A stretch of 64,000 nucleotides of DNA from Planctomycetota bacterium (GCA_965228735.1 OZ245838.1:992001-1056000), one strand, 5' to 3'. Positions 8,056-18,912 are shown, counted from the stretch's first letter. Notes: generated from the sequence alone by a model not told the origin. Numbers and translations are program-made.

Positions 8056-9923
8056 TGTGCGGCATCGCGGGGGTCTTCGCGTTCGATCGTGATCGCACCG
8101 TGCCGGCGGAGCTGGCGCGGGCGATGGCCGATCGGCTCGCGCACCGCGGGCCCGACGGCAGCGGCGTGCGGTCCGGGCCGGGCTACGCGCTCGGGCACCG
8201 GCGGCTGTCGATCGTCGACATCGCGGGCAGCCCGCAGCCGATGGCGTTGCCGGATGAACGGTTGTGGCTCGTGTTCAACGGCGAGATCTACAACTACGAG
8301 GAGCTGCGGCACGAACTCGCGGCGCAGGGCGTCCAGTTCAGGACGAGCGGCGACACCGAGGTGCTGCTGCACGGCTACCGGGCGTGGGGCACGGGGCTCG
8401 CCGCGCGACTGCGCGGCATGTTCGCGTTCGTGATCGTCAACGAGGACGAGCACACGCTGTACGCGGCGCGTGATCGACTCGGCAAGAAGCCGTTCTACTG
8501 GACCGAGCACGACGGGCAGTTCGCGTTCGCGAGCGAGCTCAAGGCGCTGCACGCGTTGTCGATCGATCGGCGGCTGCGGGCGGATGCCGTGGCGCAGTTC
8601 TTCGCGCTGCGCTACGTGCCGGACCCGCTGTCGATCTTCGATGGCGTGCAGAAGCTCGAACCGGCGCACTGGTGCCTCGTGCAGGGTGGCAAGATCCGGC
8701 GCGAGCGCTATTGGCAGCTCGAGTACGGCGAGGTCCCCGCAGCCGCCGCGGATCGGGCGGCCCTGCGCGAAGGGGTGCTGCAGCAGCTCGACGACGCGGT
8801 CAAGGTCCGCCTCATGGGCGAGGTGCCGCTCGCGCCGTTCCTGTCCGGCGGGATCGACAGCTACGCGATCGTCGACTCGATGACGCGGACGCTCGACCGC
8901 TCCGTGCGCGCGTGCACGATCGGCTTCTCGGATCCGCGCTTCGACGAACGCCCCGGTGCCCGTGAAGCGGCCGCCGCGTGCGGCGCCGAGCTCGTCGAGG
9001 AGGAGCTCGGACCAGAGGAGCTGCTGGACCTCGACTGGTTCACGGAGACGTTCGACGAGCCGTTCGGTGACAGCAGCGCCGTGCCGACCTATCACGTCAG
9101 TCGACTGGCCCGTCGTCACGTCACCGTGGCGCTCAGCGGTGACGGGGGTGACGAGGGCTTCGGTGGCTATCGCCGCTACCTGTTCGACGTGCGCGAGAAC
9201 GAGAGCCGCGACCGGCTGCCGCGCGGCCTATGGCGCGCGCTCGGCAGCGTCTACCCCAAGGCGGATTGGCTGCCGCGGTGGCTGCGGGCCAAGCGCACGC
9301 TGCAGAACCTCGCCGCGTCGCCGGCCATGGCCTATGCGCGTTCGGTGAGTGCGCACCTGCCCGAGGAGGTGCTCGCGGTGCTGCGGCCGGAGCATCACGC
9401 GGCCGCGGGTGACCCGCACGCGCCGATCATCACGGCCTACGAACGTCATCTTCACCTGCGATCGCCGCTGCAGCGCGCCGTGCTCACGGACCTCGGCACC
9501 TGGCTCGCCGGCGACATCCTCGTCAAGGTCGATCGCGCGTCGATGGCGGTGTCGCTCGAGGCCCGGGCGCCGTTCCTGGATCACAACCTGCTCGAGTTCG
9601 CCGCGACGATCCCGCCCGAGTTCCACCTCGAAGGTGGCCAGACCAAGGCGTTCCTGCGGGAGACGCTGAGCCAGCGCCTCACGCCGTCGGCGCTCACCCG
9701 CAAGAAGCAGGGGTTCTCCGTGCCGCTGCGGTCCTGGTGTCAGGGCCCGGTGGGGGATGCCGTCGCCGACGTGCTCGGCGATTCGATGCTCACGGAGTGG
9801 CTCGATCCCCACGTGGTCCGCAAGCTCCTCGACCGGCACCGCCGCGGCGTCGGCGATCACTCCGACATGCTCTGGGCCGTGCTCGTGTTCGCGCGCTTCC
9901 TGCGCCGGTGGTGTGCGGTATGA
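8055..9923 (+). CDS. asnB: Asparagine synthase (glutamine-hydrolysing)-like amidotransferase
   Basis: MCGIAG N-terminus, HRGPD, FNGEIYN, LSGGIDS, SGDGGDE, DRASMAVSLEARAPFLD; ATG overlaps the upstream TGA. Confidence 0.93.
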   Translation: MCGIAGVFAFDRDRTVPAELARAMADRLAHRGPDGSGVRSGPGYALGHRRLSIVDIAGSPQPMALPDERLWLVFNGEIYNYEELRHELAAQGVQFRTSGDTEVLLHGYRAWGTGLAARLRGMFAFVIVNEDEHTLYAARDRLGKKPFYWTEHDGQFAFASELKALHALSIDRRLRADAVAQFFALRYVPDPLSIFDGVQKLEPAHWCLVQGGKIRRERYWQLEYGEVPAAAADRAALREGVLQQLDDAVKVRLMGEVPLAPFLSGGIDSYAIVDSMTRTLDRSVRACTIGFSDPRFDERPGAREAAAACGAELVEEELGPEELLDLDWFTETFDEPFGDSSAVPTYHVSRLARRHVTVALSGDGGDEGFGGYRRYLFDVRENESRDRLPRGLWRALGSVYPKADWLPRWLRAKRTLQNLAASPAMAYARSVSAHLPEEVLAVLRPEHHAAAGDPHAPIITAYERHLHLRSPLQRAVLTDLGTWLAGDILVKVDRASMAVSLEARAPFLDHNLLEFAATIPPEFHLEGGQTKAFLRETLSQRLTPSALTRKKQGFSVPLRSWCQGPVGDAVADVLGDSMLTEWLDPHVVRKLLDRHRRGVGDHSDMLWAVLVFARFLRRWCAV

Positions 9924-11101
9924 CGATCGTCACGTTCACCAACCTGTTCCCGTCGTCGGTCATGCCGCAGCACGGACTCTTCGTGCGGGAACGGATGCGG
10001 CGGGTGGCGACCGCGAGCGGCCTGCCATGGCGCGTGGTCGCGCCGGTCCCGGCCGTGACCTGGCCGTTCCGTCGCGGCATCTACCGCGAGTGGCACGCGG
10101 TCCCGGCGGTCGAGACGTGGGAGGGCATCGAGGTGCAGCACCCGCGCTACCGCCACTGGCCCGGGCTGTCGCTGCGGCGCCAGGCGGACGCCGTCGCGGC
10201 CGGCGCTCGACCGACCGTGAAGGCGCTCGCGGACGCGGGGCCGATCGTGCTCGACGCGCACTACGTCTGGCCCGATGGCGTCGCGGCAGCCACGCTCGCA
10301 GCGGAGCTCGACGTGCCGTTCGTCGTGACGGCGCGCGGGACCGATGTGAACGTCGTCGCGGACGATCCGGTCGTGCGCGAGCGGATCGCGGCGATGGCCG
10401 ATCGTGCCGCGGCGCTGTTCGCGGTCAGCGGCGCGTTGGCGGGCCGGTTCGCCGAGGTGGCCGGGGTGGCGACAGAGCGCGTGCGCGAGGTGCGCAACGG
10501 CGTCGATCTCGAACGCTTCCGGCCCGGTGATTCGGCCGGTGCCCGGCGCGAGCTCGGCCTGCCCGCGCAGGGCCGCCTCGTGCTCGGCGTCGGCCGCCTC
10601 GCCCCGGGCAAGGGCTTCCTCAGCGCCGCGCGGGTGCTCTCTCGGCTGCCCGACGACGTGCGACTCGTGCTCGTCGGCGACGGTCCGGATCGCGCGGCGA
10701 TCCAGGCAACCGCCGGCGACCGCGTGCATCTGCTTGGCTCGCGGCCGCCCGACGACGTCGCGACCGCGATGCGTGCGGCGGACCTGTTCGTGCTGCCGAC
10801 GCTGCGCGAGGGTTGGCCGAACGTCGTCACCGAGGCGCTCGCATCCGGCCTCCGGGTCGTGGCGAGCCGCGTCGGCGGGATTCCCGAGATCCTCGGGGAA
10901 CCTGGCGACGGCGCCGGACCGCTCGGCGCGCTCGTTCTGCCGAACGACGATGCGGCGCTGCTACGGGCGCTTCGGGACGTGCTCGCCGAGCCCGCGGATC
11001 GGGCCACGGTCCGCGCGTTCGCCGAACGCTACGGCTGGGACGAACCGGTGGAGTTCCTCAGCGGGATGTTCCGAAGGCTGCTGTCGGGAGTCGCCGCGTG
11101 A
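9920..11101 (+). CDS. Glycosyltransferase family 4
   Basis: NGVDLERF, GVGRLAPGKG, EGWPNVVTEALASG, SRVGGIPE; ATGA coupling with asnB. Confidence 0.9.
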   Translation: MTIVTFTNLFPSSVMPQHGLFVRERMRRVATASGLPWRVVAPVPAVTWPFRRGIYREWHAVPAVETWEGIEVQHPRYRHWPGLSLRRQADAVAAGARPTVKALADAGPIVLDAHYVWPDGVAAATLAAELDVPFVVTARGTDVNVVADDPVVRERIAAMADRAAALFAVSGALAGRFAEVAGVATERVREVRNGVDLERFRPGDSAGARRELGLPAQGRLVLGVGRLAPGKGFLSAARVLSRLPDDVRLVLVGDGPDRAAIQATAGDRVHLLGSRPPDDVATAMRAADLFVLPTLREGWPNVVTEALASGLRVVASRVGGIPEILGEPGDGAGPLGALVLPNDDAALLRALRDVLAEPADRATVRAFAERYGWDEPVEFLSGMFRRLLSGVAA

Positions 11102-12327
11102 GCCGCCCTTATCGCATCCTGTATCACCACCGCATCCGGGCCGACGACGGCCAGGCGGTGCACGTGCGGGAGCTCATCACGGCGCTGCGCGCGGCCGGCC
11201 ACGACGTGCTCGAGTGCGCGCTCGTGCCGAAGGCCGCAGGCTCTGCAGCCGCGACCGCAACCGCAGGCGAGGCGCCCCGCCGACCCGGCTTCTGGCAGAA
11301 GCTGTCGCTGCCGCGAACCGCGGTCGAGGCGCTCGAGATCGTCTACAACCACAAGGGCCGGTCGATGCTGCGCGCGGCCGCGCGCGACTTCCGGCCGGAC
11401 TTCGTCTACGAACGCCACGCGCTGCACTGTCGCGCCGGGCTCGACGTCGCGCGCGAGCTCGGTGTGCCGCTGTTGCTCGAGGTCAACTCGCCGATGGTCG
11501 CCGAGATGCGGCGGCTCGAGCTGCTGCGCTTCCCGAGGATCGCGACCCGCACGGAGCACACGGTGCTCGGCGGCGCGGACGCCGTGCTCGCCGTGACGCG
11601 GGTGCTCGGGGACATTCTCGTGCAGGCCGGGGCCCGCGCCGATCGCGTGCACGTCATCGGCAACGGCGCGGCGCCCGAGCGCTACGGTGACGAGGCGCGC
11701 GCGGCAGCAGGTGCGGTGCGGGAACGCTGGCAGCTTCCGGATGGCGCGTTCGCGCTCGGGTTCGTGGGCTACATGCGGCCATGGCACCGCCTCGATCTCG
11801 TGCTCGACGCGATGCAGCGACCGGGACTCGAACAGCTCGCCCTCGTCCTCATGGGGCGCGGCCCGGCGCTCGACCCGCTCCTCGCCGCGGCGCGGGAGCG
11901 CGGCATCAGCGATCGCGTCGTCGCCGTGGGCGAGGTGCCGGCAGCGCTGCTGCCGACCCACGTGCTCGCGTGCGATGGCGCGCTGATCCCGGCGATCAAC
12001 GACTACGCCTCACCGCTCAAGCTGTTCGATTCCCTCGCTGCGGGCATTCCTACGATCGCGCCCGACCAACCGAACCTGCGCGAAACCCTCGTCGACGGCG
12101 AGAACGGACTGCTGTTCCCGCCGGGTGACCCCGATGGGCTCGCGGCGCAGCTGCAGCGACTCGTCGGGGATCGCGCGTTCGCGGCGCGGCTCGGCGAGGC
12201 TGGCCGTGCGCGGCTGCTCGAACGGCGCTGGACCTGGGCCGGCAACGCGGAGCGCGTGATCGAGACCTTCGAGGGCCTGCGCTCCGCCGAGGCATCGAAC
12301 ACGGCCACCGCGGGAGCGCCGTCGTGA
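11098..12327 (+). CDS. Glycosyltransferase family 4
   Basis: DGQAVHVRELI, LLEVNSP, GFVGYMRPWH, SPLKLFDSLAAG, ENGLLFPPGD; GTGA coupling. Confidence 0.9.
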   Translation: MSRPYRILYHHRIRADDGQAVHVRELITALRAAGHDVLECALVPKAAGSAAATATAGEAPRRPGFWQKLSLPRTAVEALEIVYNHKGRSMLRAAARDFRPDFVYERHALHCRAGLDVARELGVPLLLEVNSPMVAEMRRLELLRFPRIATRTEHTVLGGADAVLAVTRVLGDILVQAGARADRVHVIGNGAAPERYGDEARAAAGAVRERWQLPDGAFALGFVGYMRPWHRLDLVLDAMQRPGLEQLALVLMGRGPALDPLLAAARERGISDRVVAVGEVPAALLPTHVLACDGALIPAINDYASPLKLFDSLAAGIPTIAPDQPNLRETLVDGENGLLFPPGDPDGLAAQLQRLVGDRAFAARLGEAGRARLLERRWTWAGNAERVIETFEGLRSAEASNTATAGAPS

Positions 12328-14018
12328 CGGCCGAACGCGCGCTGCGGATCTGGGCCGCCACGGTGCTGCCGCTGGCCGTCGCCTACTTCGCGACGGTCAG
12401 CTGGGTCGTCGAACGTTGGGAATCGCCGTCGGGCTACTACCAGCACGGCTGGCTGTTGCCGTTCGTCGGGCTCGTGCTGCTGTGGCAGGGGACGAAGCTC
12501 GACGCCGAGCTGCGCCGGGCCGTCACGCAGTGGAGCGTCGTCGGCGCGATCGCGATCGGCTACGGCGCGATCGCCGCGGTGCCCGCGTTCGTCGTGCTGG
12601 GACTCGCCGCGTTCGCGCTCGCCGGGATCGCCATGCTCGGCGCCGGGCGCTCGTGTCGGGTCGACACGCGGGCGCTATGGTTGCTCGTGCCGGGCCTGCT
12701 CGTGCACGTCGCGGGCGCCCTGCTCACGATCGACTCGCTGTCGGCGACGAGCCTCGTGCTCGTCGTGCCGGGTGCGCTGTGGTTCGCGCTCGGCTCGGAT
12801 GCGCTGCGCGGTCGCTGGCCGGTCCTGCTGCTCGTCGGGTTCGCGATCCCGATGCCGATGTACGTCGAGGGCCGCGTCGGGTTCGTGCTCAAGGAGTTCG
12901 CGGTCAGCGGCGGCGCCGCGCTCGCGAACATGCTCGGTGCCGGCGTGACCCGCAACGGCGCCGACCTGCTCGTCGCGGGTCAGGAGCGTTCGCTGTTCGT
13001 CGCCGAAGCATGCGGCGGACTCCGTTCGCTGCTCGCGATGATCACGCTCGGCTACTGCCTCGCGTTCTTCCTCGGAGCCCGCTCGTTCTTGCGACGCGCG
13101 CTGCTGTTGCTCGTGACGGTGCCAATGGCGATCTTCGCGAACGTGGTGCGCATCGCCGCGCTCTGCGTCATGGCGTCGGCGTTCGGCGTCGATTTCGCCG
13201 AGGGCACGGGTCACACGATCGCCAACATCGGGGAGTGGGGCGCCGACGTCGGCGCGCTGCTGCTGCTCGATTGGCTGATCACGCGGCTGCTGTTGCGTGG
13301 CCGGACCGCGGCTGCCGAGCCGGCACCGCTTGCGGCCACCGAGCCGGTGGCTCCGAGCCGCGGACGCTCGTTCGTGCTCACCGCCGCGGCGCTCTGGCTG
13401 CTGACCGCCCCAGTGCTGTGGCTGTCCTACTACCGGCCGCCGGAGAGCGGCGGCGGCCGCGCTGCGCAGCTGCCGGACGAGCTCGCCGGCTTCCGCCACG
13501 TTCCCCGGCCGGACGACAAGGAGGCGGAGTTCCGCGCCGCACTGCCCCGCTTCGTCGAGCTCCTCGGCACGGATGACTTCGTGTGGCGCGAGTATCGCAA
13601 CGCGGCCGGCAAGCGGATCTTCGTCGTCGCCCTCTTCCACGACACGAACTGGAAGAGCGTGCATCCGCCGCGGATCTGCATCGAGGGCAGCAACATGGAC
13701 ATCGAGATCGATGACCACCGGGCGGCGCCGTGGCTCGGGGACGACGTCGCACTGAGCCGGATCGTGGCCCGCAGCCACGTCGACGACTGGCAGTATCTGA
13801 CCCTGTCCGTCTTCGGCACGGACGCGTGGGCCTCCGGTCTCTACTCGGACTTCACGTGGCACCATCTGCCGCGCGCGCTGCTTCGGCAGTCGCAGTCCGG
13901 TTTCCTGCTGCGGGTCGAGACCCCGGTCACGCCGGGGGAAGCGCTCGACGTGGCGGCGGACCGGTGCGATGGTTTCCTGCGCGCCCTCGTGCCCGCCGCG
14001 CGGTCGCTCCTCCGATGA
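12324..14018 (+). CDS. Exosortase (EpsH family) fused to an EpsI-like C-terminal domain
   Basis: YQHGWLLP, catalytic Cys in VAEACGGLRSL, Arg in NVVRI, His in GHTIA; C-terminal HPPRICIEGS EpsI motif. Confidence 0.9.
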   Translation: MTAERALRIWAATVLPLAVAYFATVSWVVERWESPSGYYQHGWLLPFVGLVLLWQGTKLDAELRRAVTQWSVVGAIAIGYGAIAAVPAFVVLGLAAFALAGIAMLGAGRSCRVDTRALWLLVPGLLVHVAGALLTIDSLSATSLVLVVPGALWFALGSDALRGRWPVLLLVGFAIPMPMYVEGRVGFVLKEFAVSGGAALANMLGAGVTRNGADLLVAGQERSLFVAEACGGLRSLLAMITLGYCLAFFLGARSFLRRALLLLVTVPMAIFANVVRIAALCVMASAFGVDFAEGTGHTIANIGEWGADVGALLLLDWLITRLLLRGRTAAAEPAPLAATEPVAPSRGRSFVLTAAALWLLTAPVLWLSYYRPPESGGGRAAQLPDELAGFRHVPRPDDKEAEFRAALPRFVELLGTDDFVWREYRNAAGKRIFVVALFHDTNWKSVHPPRICIEGSNMDIEIDDHRAAPWLGDDVALSRIVARSHVDDWQYLTLSVFGTDAWASGLYSDFTWHHLPRALLRQSQSGFLLRVETPVTPGEALDVAADRCDGFLRALVPAARSLLR

Positions 14019-14920
14019 CGATCCAGCACGCTCTCTCCGTCGACGTCGAGGACTGGTTCCAGGTCCTCAACATGGCGCACGTGATCGATCGGGCCCGGTG
14101 GGACGAGTTCGAGCTGCGGTGTGGCGACTCGACGAAGCGGCTGCTCGAGCTGTTCGACCGGCGGGGCGCGCGCGCGACGTTCTTCTTCCTCGGCTGGATC
14201 GCCGAACGACTGCCGGACCTGGTGCGCGAGGTGGTCGCGGCCGGCCACGAGATCGGCAGCCACGGGTACGACCACCGCGTGTTGCCCGACCTCGGTCAGG
14301 AGGGTTTCCGGAACGACCTGGAACGGACGGCGCGCGTGCTCGAGGACCTCACGGGCCAACGCCCCGTCGCGTTCCGGGCCTGCACCTGGTCGATCGGCAA
14401 GCGCACGCCGTGGGCGATCGACGAACTGCTGCGGGCCGGCATCACGCTCGACAGCTCGATCCAGCCCGTGACCCACCCGGATTACGGGGTGCCCGGGGCG
14501 CCGACGACGCCGTACGTGGTCCACGGTTCGGCGACGGCCGGGGGGGATCCGCCCGAGCTGCTCGAGTTCCCGCCGCTCACGTACGACGTGCTCGGCCGGC
14601 AGCTGCCGGTCGGCGGTGGCGGATACCTGCGGCTCTTCCCGCTCGCGCTCCTGCGCGCCGGCCTGCGGCAGAAGGAACGGCTCGGCGTGCCCGGTTGTCT
14701 CTACCTGCACCCTTGGGAGGTCGACCCCGAGCAGCCGCGGCAGGCGCTCGGCGGCATCCGTGGCTTCCGGCACTACGTCAACCTGAAGCGCACGCTGCCG
14801 AAGCTGGATCGACTGCTCGAGCAGTTCCCGTTCGTCGGACTGACCGAAGCGCTCGCTCAGCGCGGCTCGAGCTGGCGCGCGAAGCTGCCGGCGTATCGCG
14901 CAGCCGAGCTGCTCGCGTAG
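14015..14920 (+). CDS. Polysaccharide deacetylase (exosortase-A-system type, DUF3473)
   Basis: SVDVEDWFQ, ATFFFLGW, GHEIGSHGYDH, GGGYLRLFP, YLHPWEVDPEQP. Confidence 0.92.
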   Translation: MTIQHALSVDVEDWFQVLNMAHVIDRARWDEFELRCGDSTKRLLELFDRRGARATFFFLGWIAERLPDLVREVVAAGHEIGSHGYDHRVLPDLGQEGFRNDLERTARVLEDLTGQRPVAFRACTWSIGKRTPWAIDELLRAGITLDSSIQPVTHPDYGVPGAPTTPYVVHGSATAGGDPPELLEFPPLTYDVLGRQLPVGGGGYLRLFPLALLRAGLRQKERLGVPGCLYLHPWEVDPEQPRQALGGIRGFRHYVNLKRTLPKLDRLLEQFPFVGLTEALAQRGSSWRAKLPAYRAAELLA

Positions 14921-17900
14921 TCGTCGGCGAGGCGCCGCAAGCTCGCCCGGGCGCGTTCGATCTTGTCCTCGACCGAGCTCTGCAGGAGTGCTGCAGCGAG
15001 CGGGAGCAGCCGCCGTTCGGGCGCGAACTCGGTGCCTTCGAGCAGGGCCACCGCGTCGTCGGGGCGGCCCGTTCGTAGCGCGATGAGGCCCGCGGCGTAC
15101 CGTCCACGTTCCGACGCGCGGAGCGCCTCAGGGAGCGTGGCGAACGTCGCGATGTCGCCCTCCGAGAGCGCGAACTGCTCGGCAGCCATCGTGATCTGAT
15201 CGAGCTGCAGATCGGGGTCGGCCGAGTGGCGCAGCGCGGCCCGCAGGTCCGCGACGCCGCCGGCGCCGCGTCGCGTGGCGGCCAGGAGTTCGGCGCGGGC
15301 CTGCCAGATCGGGAGCGCGAGCGGGTGCCGGGCCAGCGCGGCTTCGAACTCCTCGATCGTCGCGGGGAACCCGTAGTCCTGCACGAGCCGTCCCGTGGTG
15401 GCGGTGAGGAGTTCCGGGGTGTCGCGGCCGCTCGCGACGAGCGTGAGATGGCCGCGCAACATCGCGCGAGCCGCATCGGCGGTCGGCGCGAGACGAGGAT
15501 GCCGCGGCCCGAACGCGAACAGCAGGTGGATCGCGGGGCCGAACGCCCCGTCCTCCTTCACGAGGTCGCGGATCGCGCGGTAGACCGCGTCGCGCTGGCG
15601 TTTGCCCTCGGGGTCCTCGGCCAGGAGCAACGGCGTCGCGATCCCGATCATGCGTTGCACGAGCTGCGCGCGTTCGTCGGGATCCGCGATGCGCGGCCGG
15701 ATGCGGTCGAGGACCCACCAGGCGTCCAGCGGGCGCTTCGCTGCGACCAGCGCTTCGGCCGAAGCGACGGTGGGCTGCCACTTCTCCGGGATCTCGAACG
15801 AGTGGTCGTAGCGCTGCCAGGCCTGGGCCCGCAGGCCGAGCGCGATGTCCTGGTGACCCGAACCGGCGACGAAGTCGGCCATCCGCAGCGTGGCGACGAC
15901 GTACGCCATCGGCGCATCTTCGAACTCGCCCTTCGCCGCCGCGGCGGAGAACACGGTGCCGACCTCCTTCGTCGGTTCGTAGCCCGGCCGGCAGCTGGCG
16001 AGCGCGATCTCGTTCCAGAAGACCTGGTTCGGCGGGCCGGCCTTGAAGATTTCCTCGTGGTGCTTCGCCGCGATACCGGGTTGCTCCGCAAGCAGGTGGG
16101 CGCGGGCGAGCAACAGCCTGGCCGTGCCCGTCGGGTGCGCCGCGGCGAACTCGATCGCGCGGGGCAGCGCCAGGCGGGCGAGTTCGGGCGTGCGCAGCGT
16201 GCTGGCGAGCTCGAGCAGGATCTCGCGATCGGCGGCTTCCTCGAGGCTGAGGTCGGCGGCCTGGGATGGCAGGCCGACGACCGCGACCGTGATGTGCGTC
16301 AGGAGATCGGCCGGGTTCTTCGCGAACGAACGCGCCGTCAGCCGTTCCGTGGCCGCGAGATTGCCGCAGCGCAACGCGAGCGCCGGATCCGTCGTCGCCG
16401 TGTCGTCCGCGAGCGCGTAGATCTGCTGGGCGCGTTCGCGGCGATCGGTCGCGAAGCACAGGCGGGCCAACGGTTCCGCGGCGACGCGGCCGTCCTCGAA
16501 CGCGAGCGCGGCGGTCCAGTGGCTCTCGGCGAGGGCCTGGTAGCCGAGGCGGAGCGCGAGGTCGCCGGCCAGCGCGAAGCTCCTGCCGTTGCGCTGCTCC
16601 GGTGCCGCGGCGGCCAGCGCGGTCGTGAGGATGGCGTAGGCGGTTGCCGGGTGGGTCGCCTGCAGCTCGGTCGCCAGGTCGAGCAACGGCGGCACCACGG
16701 GCGGCGTCGTGAGCCCGTAGCGCCGGGTCCAGTCGACGGCGCGCGCCGCCAACGCGCGATCGTCGGCACCCGAACGGGACCGGGCGCGCAAGAGCGACGC
16801 GACCGCGCGGGCGAGGTCGGTGCGCACCTCGTCAGCGAGCTCGGGATCGGCCACGTCGATGCGGTGCAGCAGCTCGTCGGCCGTCTTGGTCTGCCCGGCA
16901 CGCGCGAACGCCGCAGCGGCGCGCGCGATGAGCGGGAGCGCGAGCGGGTCGTTCGTCTGCAGATCCGCGGTCACGGCGCGCGCCAGCGGCAGGGCGGCGG
17001 CCGGGGCGGCGTCGCGCAACGCGGCGAAGAGTTCGATCGCGAGCGCGGACGACGGCGGCGTCAGGCGCACGGAACGCCAGAGCGCGTCGCCGGCCGGCCT
17101 GCCCGCTATCTGATGGGTCTCGAGCACGAGCTCGAGCATGGCTGCTGTCGGCTCATGGGTCGTGAGCAGGTCACGCATGAGGCTCGCCGCGGTTTCGGCG
17201 TTGCCGAGCTGCAGCTCCGCGCGCGCCTCGAGCATGCGCCCCGCGGCGGACCAGGGCAGGGCATCGACGGCAGCTCGACCGCACGCGATCGCGACGGGCG
17301 TGGCCTTGACGGACAGCGCGGTCTCGCCACACAGGAGGAAGCAGACGGGGTCCGGAACCTCGGGCACGATGACCTGGCGGAGCCGACATTGCGCGAGCAG
17401 GCCGGGGCCGTCCTGGCCCGTCGGCTGGTAGAGGTCGGCGGCGATGCGCTGGCGCAGGGCGAGCAGGTCCTCGTCGTTGCTCCGCAGGCGTTGGGCGCGG
17501 GCGACCGCGGCCATGGCGCCGGCGAACTTGCCGGCTGCGATGTGATGTTCGGCGAGTGCGACCAGCGCATCGACGGCGGTCGGGCGCGCGTCGATCCACT
17601 CGTCGTAGACCGTCGTCAGCTGCTCGTTGGTCGCGCCGAGTTCTCGCAGGTTGTCGATGCGCAGTGGCATGACGACCGGCATCAGATCGACCTGGCCGTG
17701 GGGCGGTGGATGGCGCAGGTTGCGGCACACGCCGGCGAACGCGTTCTCGGCCGGCTGCCGCCAGCCGTTGTGGTACGCGTTCAGCGCGCTGCTCAGCCCC
17801 AGCGAGAGCCAGATCCGCACGCCGGCCTCGGCGAGCGCCTGCAGGTCCGGGCGATACTGAGTCAGACCCTCGAAGTCACCGGCCTCGTAGGCCGCGAAGA

Positions 17901-18912
17901 TGGCCGCCGTGTAGAGGTCGAGAACGGCGACCCCAGGCGTCAACTCCGGGACGATGAAGCGCTCCTCGGCGGTCCCGGGCGGCAGCCAGCGCGTGGCCGT
18001 GGCGTACGCGGCCGCCGGCAGGCCACGGCTCGCGAGGGCCCAGGCGGCCATCTCGCCCGCCTCGGGCACGTACTCGTGATCGAAGAGCAGGCGATAGCAC
18101 TCGCAGAGCACGAGCAGATCGTCGATCCGTTCGGACTCGAGCAGGGCGAGCGCGAAGACACGGAACGCGGCGACGGGCTCCCCGCCGACCTCGAGGCTGC
18201 GACGGAAGTCCTGGAGCGCGCCCTGCACGCGCGTGCGGAGTTGACGCAGTCGGCTCTCGAGTTCGCTCCATTCCGCGACGAGGTGGCTCGTCTCCGAGTA
18301 GAGCTTTCGCAGCGTGTGCAATGCGGCGCGCACCTCGGTGTCGCCGTCCGGCCGGTAGAGGTAGGCGAGGGTCGCGGCGCGCGCCTCCTCGAGGCTCTCC
18401 GCGCCGAGGTCGAGCTCGAGCTTGCCGATGATCGCCTGCAGCTCGACGCGATAGATGCTCTGGGCGGCCTCGCCGGCGAGTTCGAGCGCGCGCGGGTGGT
18501 CGGGGTGCTCCGCGATGAACTCCCGGGCGAGCGCCAGGGCCCGCTCGCCGCTGCCCGTGCGGGCGAGCAGCAGCACGTTGTCGAGCTGCAACGTCTCGGA
18601 CGGCTCGGGCGCGAGCGCGATCAGGCGCGTGAGGTCGCGCAGCGCCGCGGGCCAGTTCTCGAGCGCCATGTGCGAGAGATAGCGCAGACGCAACAGCTCG
18701 CGGAACTTCGGCGGGTCACGTTGCAGGCTGTAGCTGCGCTCGCAGAGGTCGAGGTCGTTGATGACGCGCAGGTAGTCGCCGCTTTCATAGTTCGCCTGCG
18801 CGTCGCGGATCGTCTGATGCGGGCCCCCGCCTCCGAGCAGGCTGTAGGCGATCGTCGCGACGAGTCCGAGGAAGACGATCGCGCCGAAGAGGATGAGACT
18901 GCGCCGGAACAT
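14857..18912 (-). CDS. Very large TPR-like all-helical protein with an N-terminal membrane anchor
   Basis: 1351 aa; N-terminal hydrophobic helix; Ala/Leu-rich helical repeats (HPDHPRALELAGEAA, AAGRMLEARAELQLGN); 3' end overlaps the deacetylase. Confidence 0.75.
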   Translation of the reverse strand: MFRRSLILFGAIVFLGLVATIAYSLLGGGGPHQTIRDAQANYESGDYLRVINDLDLCERSYSLQRDPPKFRELLRLRYLSHMALENWPAALRDLTRLIALAPEPSETLQLDNVLLLARTGSGERALALAREFIAEHPDHPRALELAGEAAQSIYRVELQAIIGKLELDLGAESLEEARAATLAYLYRPDGDTEVRAALHTLRKLYSETSHLVAEWSELESRLRQLRTRVQGALQDFRRSLEVGGEPVAAFRVFALALLESERIDDLLVLCECYRLLFDHEYVPEAGEMAAWALASRGLPAAAYATATRWLPPGTAEERFIVPELTPGVAVLDLYTAAIFAAYEAGDFEGLTQYRPDLQALAEAGVRIWLSLGLSSALNAYHNGWRQPAENAFAGVCRNLRHPPPHGQVDLMPVVMPLRIDNLRELGATNEQLTTVYDEWIDARPTAVDALVALAEHHIAAGKFAGAMAAVARAQRLRSNDEDLLALRQRIAADLYQPTGQDGPGLLAQCRLRQVIVPEVPDPVCFLLCGETALSVKATPVAIACGRAAVDALPWSAAGRMLEARAELQLGNAETAASLMRDLLTTHEPTAAMLELVLETHQIAGRPAGDALWRSVRLTPPSSALAIELFAALRDAAPAAALPLARAVTADLQTNDPLALPLIARAAAAFARAGQTKTADELLHRIDVADPELADEVRTDLARAVASLLRARSRSGADDRALAARAVDWTRRYGLTTPPVVPPLLDLATELQATHPATAYAILTTALAAAAPEQRNGRSFALAGDLALRLGYQALAESHWTAALAFEDGRVAAEPLARLCFATDRRERAQQIYALADDTATTDPALALRCGNLAATERLTARSFAKNPADLLTHITVAVVGLPSQAADLSLEEAADREILLELASTLRTPELARLALPRAIEFAAAHPTGTARLLLARAHLLAEQPGIAAKHHEEIFKAGPPNQVFWNEIALASCRPGYEPTKEVGTVFSAAAAKGEFEDAPMAYVVATLRMADFVAGSGHQDIALGLRAQAWQRYDHSFEIPEKWQPTVASAEALVAAKRPLDAWWVLDRIRPRIADPDERAQLVQRMIGIATPLLLAEDPEGKRQRDAVYRAIRDLVKEDGAFGPAIHLLFAFGPRHPRLAPTADAARAMLRGHLTLVASGRDTPELLTATTGRLVQDYGFPATIEEFEAALARHPLALPIWQARAELLAATRRGAGGVADLRAALRHSADPDLQLDQITMAAEQFALSEGDIATFATLPEALRASERGRYAAGLIALRTGRPDDAVALLEGTEFAPERRLLPLAAALLQSSVEDKIERARASLRRLADDYASSSAARYAGSFARQLEPR

